From the NCBI GenBank assembly GCA_951406725.2, contig OX597836.1:27838001-27902000 (forward strand): a stretch of 64,000 nt of DNA, given 5' to 3'. Shown here in pieces: positions 25,367 through 39,227 of this stretch. Made by a program: the position numbers and the translations under genes. The DNA is from Octopus vulgaris (taxonomy: Eukaryota). Each line of letters begins with the position of its first letter. Within the stretch, counting starts at the first letter, position 1. The notes below the pieces were generated by a model. The model did not search any database and was not told where the DNA came from. It saw only the letters and a program-made list of their open reading frames with translations.

Positions 25367-25577
25367 AATGCTGAAAAGTTCCTGGCTTTGGGTAAAAGAA
25401 AATACAGGAGGATCAGTTAATCATGATTTTATTCTTTATATTTCCATCTCAGATTCACACACTTATTGCAGCGGTTCTTCAGTTTTTCTAAGCCCTATAA
25501 AAGAACTCGGAAGGTTGGTCCTTCAGCCTGGCTTTGCGCGACACCCTTGAAGCCACGAATCTTTCAGCACTGCCTCG
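25367..25577. mobile_element. Mariner-type MITE
   Basis: ATGCTGAAAAGTTCCTGGC ... TTTCAGCACTGCCTCG-TA; inverse copy of 54692-54896. Confidence 0.75.
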
Positions 25578-25793
25578 TATACACACACACACACACACAC
25601 ACATATAATTGTATGTATAAACACTCAAGTAAGCAAAACAAGGTGGCAAAAATTACACTCAACTAAATTGTAGAGAAAACTACTATTTTATTAAAGCCGA
25701 AAAAATATTCTTTTCTACTCTAGGCACAAGACTCAAAATTTGGGGGGAAAGGGCAAGTCGGGCCTTGTACCTAGAGTAGAAAATAATATAGCT

Positions 25794-26370
25794 AAGGCGG
25801 TGAGCTGGCAGAATCGTTAGCACGCCGGACGAAATGCTTAGCGGTATTTTGTCTGCCGCTACGTTCTGAGTTCAAATTCCGCCGAGGTCGACTTTGCCTT
25901 TCATACTTTCGGGGTCGATTAAATAAGTACCAGTTACGCACTGGGGTCGATGTAATCGACTTAATCCGTTTGTCTGTCTTTGTTTGTGCTCTCTGTGCTT
26001 TGCCCCTTGTGGGTAGTAAAGAAACAGGTATTTCGTTCTGAGTTCAAATTCCGCCGAGGTCAACTTTGCCTTTCATACTTTCGAGGTCGATTAAATAAGT
26101 ACCAGTTGCGCACTGGTGTCGATGTAATCGACATAATCCGTTTGTCTGTCCTTGTTTTCCCCTCTGTGTTTAGCCCCTTGTGGGTAATAAAGAAATAGGC
26201 TGTTACGTTCTGAGTTCAAATTCCGCCGAGGTTGACTTTGCTTTCATTCATTCGAGGTCGATGAATTAAGTACCAGTTATGCACTGGAGTCGATGTAATC
26301 GACTTAATCCCTTTGTCTGTCCTTGTTTGTCCCCTCTATGTTTAGCCCCTTGTGGGCAATAAAGAAATAA
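25794..26370 (+). mobile_element. SINE C, three-unit array
   Basis: Head AAGGCGGTGAGCTGGCAGAATCGTTAG then three B-box/core/tail units each ending TAAAGAAAYA. Confidence 0.9.
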
Positions 26371-27021
26371 GGAACTCTCGTGGTCGTGACCGACGGAGTG
26401 CAAGCTATAAATTTGTAGGCTCTCTACAGTTCCTTTACACTTTACTTTAAATTCCTAACTTTGAAATTAGCATCAAATTAATTTACTCTAGAATAATTGT
26501 CTCCCTTACATTAGTTTGACCACCAGGGTACAGCACGTGGTTAAACACCATTTTACTTTCTTATTTTTAAAAAATCACATGGGGTGTAATAATTTGTGCG
26601 TTTGATAGAGGGGTGGGTACTTGTCAGTGTGAGAATTGCTGATTTAATTCAATGAGTGTGTCTGTGTGGACGCAAAGGGCTAATAAAGGCACCCTCTGTT
26701 TTGCTTCATGTTTTTAAAGATATGAAGTGAGCGGTGGGAGAATGTGCTATAACAGACAAGTAAATGTAACAAATGATTAACTATGTAAAGAGAAAGAAAA
26801 AAAAATGGAAAGAAACGTGAAGATGCCGAAGGAGTTTGAATGAGAATGTAAAAGAGACAGATGGCTTTTTTTATTTTTTTTTCTCCCTCTTTTCGAACGG
26901 AAATGAAGTTTGGAGAAAGACAAGAAAAATCTGCTGAGTACAAGATATTAGAAAAAATATTTTAATACATGAACTCATTGGCATTTTTTTACTTCTCTTC
27001 ATCTCGCATTGGATGTGTGGA

Positions 27022-27052
<31 letters not shown>

Positions 27053-27072
27053 CTGCGTGTCTGTCACTCTGT

Positions 27073-27690
27073 AGGCGGCGAGCTGGCAGACAAAGGCGGC
27101 GAGCTGGCTGACACGTTAACGCGCCGGGCGAAATGCTTAGTGGTATTTCGTCTGCCGTTACGTTCGGAGTTCAAATTCCGCCGAGGTCGACTTTGCCTTT
27201 CATCCTTTCGGGGTCGATAAATAAAGTACCAGTTTCGCTCTGGGGTCGATGTAATCGACTTAATCCCTTTGTCTGTCCTTGTTTGTCCCCTCTATGTTTA
27301 GCCCCTTGTGGGTAATAAAGAAATAGGTATTTCGTCTGTAGTTACGTTCTGAGTTTAAATTCCGCCGAGGTCAACTTTGCCTTTCATCCTTTCGGGGTCG
27401 ATAAATTAAGCACCAGTAACGCACTGGGGGTCGATGTAATCGACTTAATACCTATGTCTGTCCTTGTTTGTCCCCTCTATGTTTAGCCCCTTATGGGTAA
27501 TAAAGAAATAGGTATTTCGTCTGTCGTTACGTTCTGAGTTCAAATTCCGCCGAGGTCGACTTTGCCTTTCATCCTTTCGGGGTCGATAAATAAAGTACCA
27601 GTTTCGCACTGGGGTCGATGTAATCGACTTAATCCCTTTGTCCTTGTTTGTCCCCTCTATGTTTAGCCCTTTGTGGGCAGTAAAGAAATA
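27073..27690 (+). mobile_element. SINE C, three-unit array
   Basis: Units restart at GTATTTCG at 27327 and 27512; the first 20 bp or so of the head are duplicated. Confidence 0.9.
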
Positions 27691-27776
27691 TATATTAAAT
27701 AGGAAAGATATTGGGTAAGTGTATTCTGCCATAGGCCCAGTCCAACAAAGACCGTGTGAGGAGATTTGGCAGATGG

Positions 27777-27952
27777 AGGAGTGGCTGTGTGGTAAGTAGC
27801 TTGCTTACCAGCCACATGGTTCCGGGTTCAGTCTTACTGCGTGGCACCGTGGACAAGTGTCTTCTACGATAGCCTCGGGTCGACCAAAGCCTTGTGAGTG
27901 GATTTAGTAAACGGAAACTGAAAGAAACCCGTCGTATATATGTACATATAAA

Positions 27953-27983
<31 letters not shown>

Positions 27984-28209
27984 GTGTATGTGTGTATGTG
28001 TGTGTATGTGTGTGTGTCTGTGTTTGTCTCCCAACATCGCTTGACAACCGATGCTGGTGTGTTTACGTCACCGTAACATTAGCAGTTCGGTAAAAGTGAC
28101 CGATAGAATAAGTAGTAGTCATACAAAGAATTAGTCCTGGGGTCGATTTGTTCGACTAAAGGCGGTGCTCCAGCATGGCCGCAGACAAATGACTGCAACA
28201 AGTAAAAGA

Positions 28210-28211
<2 letters not shown>
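27777..28211 (+). mobile_element. SINE A
   Basis: Full-length match to group A. Confidence 0.9.
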
Positions 28212-28254
<43 letters not shown>

Positions 28255-28622
28255 ATAAACTTACTTGGAAATTGATGCGTGCCGTTCAACCATATAATAA
28301 AAGTAATAATAGTAATAATATATATATTAATTAGCAGATCCAACTAACATAGGATAGATTGCCGTGAACGTCTCGTAAAATCATTTCGCGCAGACAGAAA
28401 ATGCTGTAAAAGCAGTAGACCAAGTTTCGTCCTCAGTTCCGAGGGATACACAGCCCACAAGCTTCTCTCGACATCACTGGCCATTTGGCCTGTATTATTC
28501 TGCACAGGTGTACAATGATCCGTCGCGATATCACGGCTCACTATCGCGGTTTATTATATTTAAGTTTACGTCGATTCATCCGTGGTGTTGTTTTGCATTT
28601 ATAACAAAATAGATAGACGTAT

Positions 28623-28794
28623 AGGCGTAGGAGTGGCATTGTGGTAATTAGCTTGTTTACCAACCACATGGTTCCGGATTCAGTCCCATAGCATGGCACC
28701 TTGGGCAAGTGTCTTCTACTATAGCCTCGGGCCGACCAAAGCCTTGTGAGTGGATTTGGTAGACGGAAACTGAAAGAAGCCCGTCGTATATATG

Positions 28795-28833
<39 letters not shown>

Positions 28834-29048
28834 CTGTGTCTGTGTTTGTCACCCCAGCATCACTTGACAACTGATGCTGGTGTGTTCACGTCACCGTAAC
28901 TTAGCGGTTCGGCAAAAGAGACCGATAGAATAAGTACTAGGCTTACAAAGAATAAGTCCTGGGGTCGATTTGCTCGACTAAAGTCGGTGCTCCAGCATGG
29001 CCACAGTCTAATGACTGAAACAAGTAAAAGAGTAAAAGAGTAAAAGAG
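28623..29048 (+). mobile_element. SINE A
   Basis: Full-length; tail (GTAAAAGA)3. Confidence 0.9.
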
Positions 29049-29542
29049 ACACGAATCATAAAAAAAAATAAGAAGACATATACGGTACAGTACTGTTTCT
29101 ACTTCGCGGATTTTCACCTATTGCGAGGGATTTCGGAACGTAACACCCGCGATAGTCGCAGGTTTAGTGTAACTGATTTTCCTGTGTGGCATCCAGTGCT
29201 CTTCTTTCTGCTGCTGCTGCGGATCTGCGATACGGTGAAACGATGAGACAGTAGAGTCATCACCCGGTGTTGATATAATTTAACCAATCCATATTGAATT
29301 TCGATGCATTTTTGTTATTAGTCGTCAACACAAAATGATTTTTCGAGACGTTCGCCGAAGCCGACGGCGTGGTAAACCACAACATTCAACTAAGATAGGA
29401 TTTATATTCGTTACAAAGACGGCTTTTGTGGTTAATAGCTAATGCAAATACATACATACATGCATGCATATATACATACATACATACATACATACATACA
29501 TACATACATACATACATACATACATACATACATTCATATATA

Positions 29543-29578
<36 letters not shown>

Positions 29579-29625
29579 TGTATGTATGTATGTATGTATG
29601 TATGTATGTATGTATGTATGTATGC

Positions 29626-29701
<76 letters not shown>

Positions 29702-29714
29702 CCATATACATACA

Positions 29715-29802
<88 letters not shown>

Positions 29803-30413
29803 GACACACATCTTCAGGTTTCTGCTTCCGCATAGCTCTAAATGAGAATTATGTTAGTTGAAGCTTAAAATAGAACTACTTCTACTACCATCACAACAAC
29901 GACGACGACAGCCCCACCACCACCACCACCACCAACACTACCACCAGCACCATCATTACTACTACTGCTGCTACTACTACTATTACTGCTGCTGCTACTG
30001 CTGCTACTACTAATGTAACAAAACCTTTCTATACCGAAAATTCTGACAACGTTTTCTTGAAACCTGCTGTAGATGGTTTAGACTACAAGTGACATCAGTT
30101 CTTGAAACATTCATTGGTACCCCCCACCCATTTCTCGGTCTTTCCTCAGCCCACCACCACCACCACGTACAACAACAACTACAACAACATTATTACTTCC
30201 CGTATCACTCTGTCAAGTCTTTCATTTCTATAAAGCAATAACTTTGAGCAAAACACATTCTTGGTGTCTTTCTCGTTTCACTTGTTTTGAGGTGGCTTCG
30301 TTGCATACAGACACACACGCGTATAACAATCATGTACACACGCATGTACACACACATACACGCACGCACACACACACACACACACATACTCACACACACA
30401 CACACTTATATAT

Positions 30414-31312
30414 AGGCGGTCTGATCAATAAGTATCCGGACTGTTGCAATAGTAACGAAGCTAAAGCATGCAGAGTAAAGCCGCTTGGCAAAGATTGACC
30501 TGGAACCCTGCTGTGCATGTACACTAAGCTTTAGCGTTTTAGCTCACTTCCGCTATTTACAGCAGTGCTTGGAAGGAACGCGTGTAGCGTGTGATCGTCG
30601 CATTGACAATGACAGAGAAAGTTGTCTTGGCGATACCTGCTCAGAGGCCAACGCAGATCGCAGAAAGTGCATGGAGAGGAGCATATGAGCCGCACTCAAA
30701 TGTACGAGTGGCCTAGACGTTTCCAAAATGGTCGAAAAATGTCGATATTGACGAACTTTCTGGGAGACCCACAGCTGGCAGAACTGAAAAAAACATCGCA
30801 GCTTTGAGGTGAAAACGCGTAGCTTTGAGGTGAGGCCGTCGAATCGCCACCCCTTAGTTATCAGAGGATGTACAGATTAATTATGGTTCAGTTCAGTCCA
30901 TTATCACAGAAGATTTGGGTATGAGATGCATGTCTGCCAAGATTGTGCCAAAATTGCTTTCAGTTGACCAAAAGGACACTCGGGGTTTCAGTTACATAAG
31001 ATCTCCTTGATTGGGTCGAGAACAAGGAACACGTTTCGGAAACTTTGCGTAGGGCTCTGAGCAGGTATCGCCAAGCTTTTAGCAAAATTTGATGCAGACT
31101 CTCTCCTCAACACTCTCTGCCATGGCCAATGCGACGATCACACGCTACACACGTTCCTTGCAAGCACTACTGTAAACAGCGGAAGTGAGCTAGTAATTTA
31201 AAACTTTGTGCACATACACAACAGGGTTCAAGGTCAATATGTGCCAAGCGGCTTTACACTACATGCTTTAACTTCGTTACCATGGCAACAGTTCGGATAC
31301 TTATTGATCAGA

Positions 31313-31315
<3 letters not shown>
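30414..31315 (+). mobile_element. Mariner derivative with about 200-bp inverted termini
   Basis: GGTCTGATCAATAAGTATCCG / CGGATACTTATTGATCAGACC; peptides HGEEHMSRTQMYEW..RFQNGR and LGMRCMSAKIVPKLLSVDQK (WVPHEL-like). Confidence 0.85.
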
Positions 31316-31347
<32 letters not shown>

Positions 31348-31444
31348 AATATATACATCTATATACATATTCATACATTAATACATACATATGTATATAT
31401 TCATACAGCAATACATACATGCACACATACATGCAAATATACTA

Positions 31445-31673
31445 CAGTTCTATAATTAAGAGATGAGGAATTATGTACATTATTTACATTATTTACATTT
31501 GACGGACATTTGTCCTCATCTTGTTGTTAACACAGCGTTTCGGCTGATATACCCTCCAGCCTTCTCCAAGACACCTGATGAAGGCTGGAGGGTATATTAG
31601 CCGAAACGTTGTGTTAACAACCAAATAAGATGAGGACAAATGTCTGTCAAATGTAAATAATGTAAATAATGTA
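31445..31673. mobile_element. PLE inverted pseudo-LTR pair
   Basis: About 31477-31564 is the reverse complement of 31580-31673; same family as 17347 and 63430. Confidence 0.85.
31570..31615 (+). ncRNA. Minimal type I hammerhead ribozyme
   Basis: GACAC-CTGATGA-A-GGCTG..TAGCC-GAAACGTT-GTGTT: intact core, stems I and II, palindromic stem III. Confidence 0.85.
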
Positions 31674-31691
31674 TGTAAATATACATATACA

Positions 31692-31772
<81 letters not shown>

Positions 31773-31775
<3 letters not shown>

Positions 31776-32120
31776 CAATAATAATAAGTAGCAATAAAGT
31801 GTTTTGAATGGCACAACAATGTACTATAATAACTGTTGTAATTTTATAATCCACAGTTTGATACAAAAATTCCTTCGTCAGATATCTCCAGGGATTGATC
31901 GAGTCACTGATACCATCGATTTTCCAACAACAAAAAAAATCGATTGTAGCAGTGACCCGATCAATCCCTATGGATTTCTGAAGAAGGAAATTTATATTCT
32001 GAAATCATATCAGACTGTGGATGACTAAATTACAACAGTTATTAGTGTAGTCCATTGTTGTTATTATAGTGCATTGTTGTGTCATTCAAAACACTTTATT
32101 GCTATTTATTATTATTGTTT
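31773..32120. mobile_element. Diverged palindrome, probable PLE inverted pseudo-LTRs
   Basis: Arms such as AGCAATAAAGTGTTTTGAATGGCACAACAATG / CATTGTTGTGTCATTCAAAACACTTTATTGCT; CTGAAGAAGG..GAAA at 31978 and CTGACGAAGG on the minus strand near 31880. Confidence 0.7.
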
Positions 32121-32529
32121 AGAAACAATACAAAATGCTTCAAGCGAACTATAATACTCTCATAATATATATATAAACCACTGGTCGACCAGAGCCTATT
32201 GTAGAAGACGCTTGCCCAAAGTGACACACAGTGGGACTGAACCCGGTACCGTGTGGTTAGGAAGCCAGCTTCTCACCACCCAGCCATGCAGATATAGACT
32301 ATCTCTCCATCTTATCTATTTCCTTATCTTTCCGTTCGCGTGTGCTTCTCTGAGCTTCTTTTATTTTGGTTATTGCATTAATGTTATTCCCAGGGTGCAG
32401 ACCAAATTATTACACAGTATATTCTTTGATAAACAAAAAATGTCAAAATAACCTGAAATATTTCTGCTGATGGTTGAAATTAACATTCAACAGAGTCATA
32501 TTGCAACCATATATTACATATCGTCCTTA

Positions 32530-33113
32530 ATACTATAGGCACAAGGCCTTAAGTTTTGGTGGAGTGGACCAGTCGATTAGATCGACCCCAGTACGTAACT
32601 GGTACTTAATTTATCTGCCTCGAAAGAATGAAAGGCAAAGTCAAACTCGGCGGAATTTGAACTTAGAACGTTGCGGCAGACGAAATACCTATTTCTATTT
32701 CTTTACTACCCACAAGGGGCTAAACACAGAGGGGACAAACAAGGACAGACAGACGGATTAAGTCGATTACATCGACTTCAGTACGTAACTGGTACTTAAT
32801 TTATCGGCCTCGAAAGAATGGAAGGCAAAGTCAACCTCGGCGGAATTTGAACTCAGAACGTTGCGGCAGACGAAATACCTATTTCTTTACTACCCACAAG
32901 GAGCTAAACACAGAGGAGACAAACAAGGACAGACAGACGGATTAAGTCGATTATATCGACCCCAGTGCGTAACTGGTACTTATTTAATCGACCCCGAAAG
33001 GATGAAAGGTAAAGTCGACCTCAGCGGAATTTGAACTCAGAACGCAGCGGCAGACAAAATACCGCTAAGCATTTCGCCCGGCGTGCTAACGATTCTGCCA
33101 GCTCACCGCGCCT
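32530..33113 (-). mobile_element. SINE C, three-unit array ending in the alternative tail
   Basis: Junction CGAAATACCTATTTC at 32681 and 32871; head at right end. Confidence 0.9.
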
Positions 33114-33144
33114 AACATATTACATATTATACGTTATAACAACA

Positions 33145-34520
33145 CTAAGCAGTGATGTGCAGAAATACGAACTTGTTACCAGTTCAAATATGCATTGAGG
33201 CATATTCGAACTTATAAGAAAGCCATTCACTCTATTTTGTCATGGAGAAAATTCCTCACTGTACACACATAGGTATAAATACATCAAGTCAGTTCACAGT
33301 GTATTTTGTGATGAAGAATATTTCTCTCTTTTGGCAAATACAGCTGACAGTGTCACCTAACCAGACTGTAGGATGCATACATTTTGGAGTGGTTATCTCC
33401 TTTCCATCCATGGAGACTGGAAAGGGAGATGCTGTGAACTGACATGAGAAACAATTCCTTCTTATGATAGTCTCGTCATCGTTCAGTGACTGGTTGTGCT
33501 ATTCAGCAGCTTGCTGTCAATGAGATACAGTGTGACAGTGCTAAGCCAGTGATGTGTATAAAACACAAACTTGTTACTAATTCAAATCTGCTTGAGGCAA
33601 TATTCAAAACCATAGGGAAGCCATTCGCAGTGTATTTTTGCCATAGAGAGAAATTCTCACTGTTGGCAAATTGGTGTAAATATACCAAGTCAGGTCATGG
33701 TGTCACCCAACAAGACCGTGGGATGCATACATTTCGGAGTGGTTATCTTCTCCCCAGCCACAGAGGCAGGAAAGGGAGATGCTGAAAACCGACACGAGAC
33801 AGGTCCCGCCTATGATATTCCCATCATTGTTCAATGGCTGGTTGTGCTATTCAGCTGTTCACCAGAGATAAAATAGTTTGACAATGCTAAGCAGTGACGT
33901 GCAGAAATACAAACCTGTTACTAGTTCAAATATGCCTGAGACATATTCGAACCTATTTACAGTGTATTGTGTCATGGAGAAAATTCCTCGCTGTATATAA
34001 AGAGGTGTAAATTCATCATCTCAGTTCACAGTGTATTTTTTCGTCATGGAGGAAAATTCTCTCTGTAGAACAATAGGTGTCAGCTCACAGTATCACCTAG
34101 CCAGACTGTGGAATGCATACATTTCGGAGTGGTTATCGCCTCTTCAGCCGCAGACGCAGGAAAGGGAGACGCTGTGAACTGATACGAGAGACAGGTCCCT
34201 CTTATGATATTCTCGTCATCGTTCAATGACTGGTTGTGCCTTTCAGCAGCTCGCTGAAAATAAGATATGGTGTGACAGCGCCAAGCGGTGATGTGTATGA
34301 ATTACAAACTTGTTACCAGATCTAATATGACCTGAGGTATATTCGAACCCGTAAGAAAGCCATTCGCTGTGCTTTGTTGAGGAGAAAATTTCTCATTGTA
34401 GACAAATAGGTGTAAATAGTCCGAGTCAGTTCACAGCTTTCCTAAACTTGACTGTTGGACGCATCAATCCTCAAACATATCCGAACTGGTAACAAATTTC
34501 TATATATAACATGCTGGCTT
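33145..34520. repeat. Diverged tandem repeat, units about 395/345/395 bp plus a partial fourth
   Basis: CTAAGCAGTGATGTG-type start at 33145, 33541, 33887, 34281; shared GGAGTGGTTATC and GGAAAGGGAGAYGCTG. Confidence 0.9.
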
Positions 34521-34925
34521 CGAATTTTGACACAGAGCCAGTAGTTTTGTGTGGGAAGGGTAAGTAGATTACATCGACCCCAGTACTTGACTGTTATTTA
34601 TTTTATCGACCCCGAAGGATGAAAGGCAAATTTGAACTCAGAATGTAAAGACGGGCGATATGCCATTGACCATTTGGTCCGGCGTGCAAAAGACTCAACC
34701 GGTTCACTGCCTTTATAAGATTCATTACATACTGGTTTCAAATTCTGGCACAAGGCCAGAAATTTCAGTGGTGGTGGGTCAAGTCGTTTACATTGACCCC
34801 AGTGTACAACTGGTGCATATTTTATCGACCCCGCAAAAATAAAAGGCAAAGTTGAACACTGCACTGCAGGATTTGAACACAGAACGTAAATATGGATGTT
34901 AACGATTCAGCCAGATCGCCGCCTG
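34515..34925 (-). mobile_element. Two older SINE C-related copies
   Basis: TATCGACCCCG..AAAGGCAAA..TTTGAAC twice. Confidence 0.75.
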
Positions 34926-35326
34926 ATGAGCTATATTACATATTAGATTTTTGTAATTAATGTATTCCTAGTAGAATATAACGATAAATGCAACCAGAAC
35001 GAAAAATGTTTATGCTTCACAATAGACTCCTGTAAAAAGAAAAAAAATTGCCTTCTGAAACTAAATCTGAACATGAATGAACCGTCTGTTTGGTTGTAAA
35101 CGCGTTAAATGTTGTACAAGAGTATATTTATGATGAAATTTAATATTGTGTTACTAGGATTAGTTGCCAAGTGCAGGTGCAGGTGCACTGATTTCTGTTC
35201 CGTGACATAATCAGTCGAAATATTTGACCCGAAATTAAGAGATTTTTATGTACATATTTAGTCAACATATAACTTCCAATATATAAGTTGATATACTGTA
35301 TATAGTTACACATACATAATACACAC

Positions 35327-35372
<46 letters not shown>

Positions 35373-35412
35373 CATCCATCCATACATACATACATACATA
35401 CATATATATATG

Positions 35413-35528
<116 letters not shown>

Positions 35529-35829
35529 ATCTAGTTATCATAGATCTATATCAGCCAATCTTACCAATCGGTTCTGCTCTGGGTATCAGATAACTGAATA
35601 TTAGATAGCAACGCCGTAAAGTAACACTACTTGCTTTTCAGAGCTGGCAGGTATAGCAAAAAATATGGCAATTCTGTAAAGAAACTATTAGTATATTAGT
35701 AGCTGTTATTTTGATACAGTGTACATTACATACATATATAATGAACTCTCCCGTCGCTAGGCGACGTATAAGGGTTCGGCAATTTCTTACCGAACAAATA
35801 CACAGATGGTTTGCTTAAAGTAATCAAAT

Positions 35830-36012
35830 GTTTGTGTACACATAAGTTCACTCCCACCATCAAATCGACATTACCTGTACAAATGCACCGTGTGATCGCA
35901 GGGTAACGCGAAATGAAGGGCTTTGCTCAACGACATAACGCATGCCAGATCCGGGAATCGAACCCACGATCTTGCAGCCGTGAGAGCAACACCCTAACCA
36001 TTAATCCACGCC
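35830..36012 (-). mobile_element. tRNA-derived SINE with group D-type head
   Basis: Reverse strand GGCGTGGATTAATGGTTAGGGTGTTGCTCTCAC..GGTTCGATTCCCGG..TTGAGCAAAGC. Confidence 0.65.
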
Positions 36013-36061
36013 AGTAATGTACCTATAATGACTACAGGAAACATCAGTAAGTCAAATTTGC

Positions 36062-36138
<77 letters not shown>

Positions 36139-36434
36139 ATTATTATTTGAGGAAATAAAATCCAAACTTACAAGGAAAAATAATTCAATTTAGAAATACT
36201 AAATCAAATTCCACACAATATAATATATATATAAAATATTAGAAAAAAAACACCTTTTATCAATTCAAAATGAATAATTAAATTAACTATTATATACATT
36301 ATATTATTTTTGTAATTTACTTAATCTTTACTTTTTAATTGTTATTTTAATTTTAACTTTTCTATGATATGTAATTTTCTAGATGGTGTAATTTAATTAT
36401 TCATTTTGAATTGATAAAAGGTGTTTTTTTTCTA

Positions 36435-36475
<41 letters not shown>

Positions 36476-36841
36476 CTTGACGATGAATATTAACCCCTGA
36501 CCCACCCGAATCATGTTATATGCTTTGTGGTTTTATACTTTTTATTTTCTTCCAAACCAATCCTTCCTGACTTTAACAAATGGATCTGAACTGCTAGAAT
36601 CTCTCACCATGAGAGCTTGAAGCAAAATCGAAACGTAAATCTCGTGTAATCGTGAAATGTAAATTTTATGTAACCCGAGGAGGTTCTTTTGCACTGATGC
36701 AATAACACCAGATGCAACGCATCTGGTATTATTGCATCGTTCCTCGCCCACTAAAGAGCGCTGTAATATGAAGCCGAAACGGTTGCTCGGCTAATAAATG
36801 ATTCTCATTACATTCAGTCTTCTGTATAAATCTTTTAATAC

Positions 36842-36889
<48 letters not shown>

Positions 36890-37163
36890 ATGTATGCATG
36901 TATCTATGTATCTATGTATCTATGTATCTATATATCTATGTATGAATGTATGTATGTATGTATGCATTATTATTATTATTATTATTATTATTTATTATTA
37001 TTATTATTATTTCTAAATCTCTCTAAAGGTGATTACGGCAGATTAAAGGAGATTAAAGGAGATTAATAATTATCGCCAAGCTAACATGGCAGTCCAGAAA
37101 AAGAGGACGAATGCTTCCGTTGATTAGCTCCAAGAGGCCATCGCCTCTAGCTAGCGAAGATAC

Positions 37164-37240
<77 letters not shown>

Positions 37241-37327
37241 ACGGATAGATAGATACATAAATACATACATACATAAATACATACATACATACACACACAT
37301 ACATACATACATACATACATACATACA

Positions 37328-37358
<31 letters not shown>

Positions 37359-37723
37359 GTATATATCTATGTGTGTGCGCGTCTGTTTGTCTGTGTTTGT
37401 TCCCCATCACAGCTTGACAACCTGTGTTAGTTAATATAAATCACCGTAACTTAGCGCTTCAGCAAAAGTAGATCCGATGGAATAAGTACCCCGCCTTAAA
37501 AAAAATCGGTTCATTTCATTAAGAACCCTTCAAACTGTTGCTCCAGTATGACAGCAGTCCAGAAACTGAAACAAGTAAAAATTGGAATATTCAATCGATA
37601 GATACCAGCTTCGATAGGTTCCGGTCCATATATGTACATGTGGTGTTCTGGCCCCACGCTTCACGAATATCTGTCCCTTGCACTAGTAACCATCTTGGAT
37701 ACGATTCCAAGAAACTCTTCAAC

Positions 37724-37893
37724 AGGCGCAGGAGTGGCTGTGTGGTAAGTAGCTTGCTAACCAACCACATGGTTCCGGGTTCAGTCCCACTGAGTGGCAT
37801 CTTGGGCAAGTGTCTTCTGCTATAGCCCCGGGCCGACCAAAGCCTTGTGGGTGGATTTGGTAGACGGAAACTGAAAGAAGCCTGTCGTATATA

Positions 37894-37959
<66 letters not shown>

Positions 37960-38164
37960 TGTGTGTGTTTGTGTGTCTGTGTTTGTCCCCCTAGCATTGC
38001 TTGACAACCGATGCTGGTGTGTTTACGTCCCCGTCACTTAGCGGTTCGGTAAAAAAGACCGATAGAATAAGTACTGGGCTTACAAAAGAATAAGTCCCGG
38101 TGTCGATTTGCTCGACTAAAGGCGGTGCTCCAGCATGGCTGCAGTCAAAATGACTGAAACAAGT
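37724..38164 (+). mobile_element. SINE A
   Basis: Full-length; long internal (TG)n. Confidence 0.9.
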
Positions 38165-38379
38165 TGCACTCTCTTCACTCAGCCGCCACTACAAACTCTG
38201 CAAGATGATCTGCGACTTTGATGTCTGTACTATCTATCATCAAGCGCTACGAAAACGGGGGGGGGGGGGACATTTTTGCAGACGTCATTTATATGAATTT
38301 TCAGGTCCGCTGATCTTTCTTTCTGCTTCTGTAGATTGTGAGTTGTTCAGACAGAGAAGGGGAAAAGAGAAAGAGTGGA

Positions 38380-38467
38380 AAACAAGCAAACAAGCAAGCA
38401 AGCAAGCAAGCAAGAAAGGAAGGAAGGAAGGAAGGAAGGAAGAAAGAAAGAAAGAAAGAAAGAAGGA

Positions 38468-38538
<71 letters not shown>

Positions 38539-38577
38539 GAAGAAAGAAAGAAAGAAAGAAAGAAGGAAAGAAAGAAA

Positions 38578-38643
<66 letters not shown>

Positions 38644-38660
38644 CAGAAAGATAGAAAGAA

Positions 38661-38744
<84 letters not shown>

Positions 38745-38760
38745 AAAGAAAGAAAGAAAA
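38380..38760. repeat. (GCAA)n-(GGAA)n-(GAAA)n microsatellite
   Basis: Direct inspection. Confidence 0.95.
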
Positions 38761-39227
38761 GGCTTGACATTTTAAAATAAAGGTCTTATTGTTTTTTTTT
38801 CTCTCTCAGGGCATAAAATGTCTACAGCGGCCATCAAAGAGTTTTTCATAAAATCCCTACCAATAAAAGGCTTCGTGTTTTCTGCTCCCAGCCTCTTCAG
38901 TACACATCTTTTGACATAAGGACTACGTAAATGGACGCATACATAACAAGCCCGGCATTATGGTCTGGGACACCCACAAAGAAGAAAGCTAAAACAGAGC
39001 AGTTGAATGTTATTCGTTATCCACCCAACGGATGTGAACCTTTAATCAAATACCAACGGAAACATTAATTAGGAGTTTGCTGCAAAACAAACAACACCTA
39101 AACATTGATTAGACACTTTCTGATCTGTACTTATAATTACTGGTACACTTTGATTGCACGACCATTGTATGTAAAAGTTCAGCATGTGACTTTAGAATGA
39201 ATGATGAAGGCGACGGCAGCTGTAGGA

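Noticed and set aside
25860-26370. CRISPR-like or retrozyme array
   Set aside because: Whole units repeat with no unique spacers, and I found no CTGANGA...GAAA hammerhead core in the unit
38205-38775. Lys/Glu/Arg-rich and Phe/Leu/Ser-rich ORFs
   Set aside because: Translations of (GAAA)n
38790-38830. Strong 3' splice-site-like sequence (T)n-CTCTCTCAG
   Set aside because: No convincing downstream ORF or donor site; cannot be supported without transcript data
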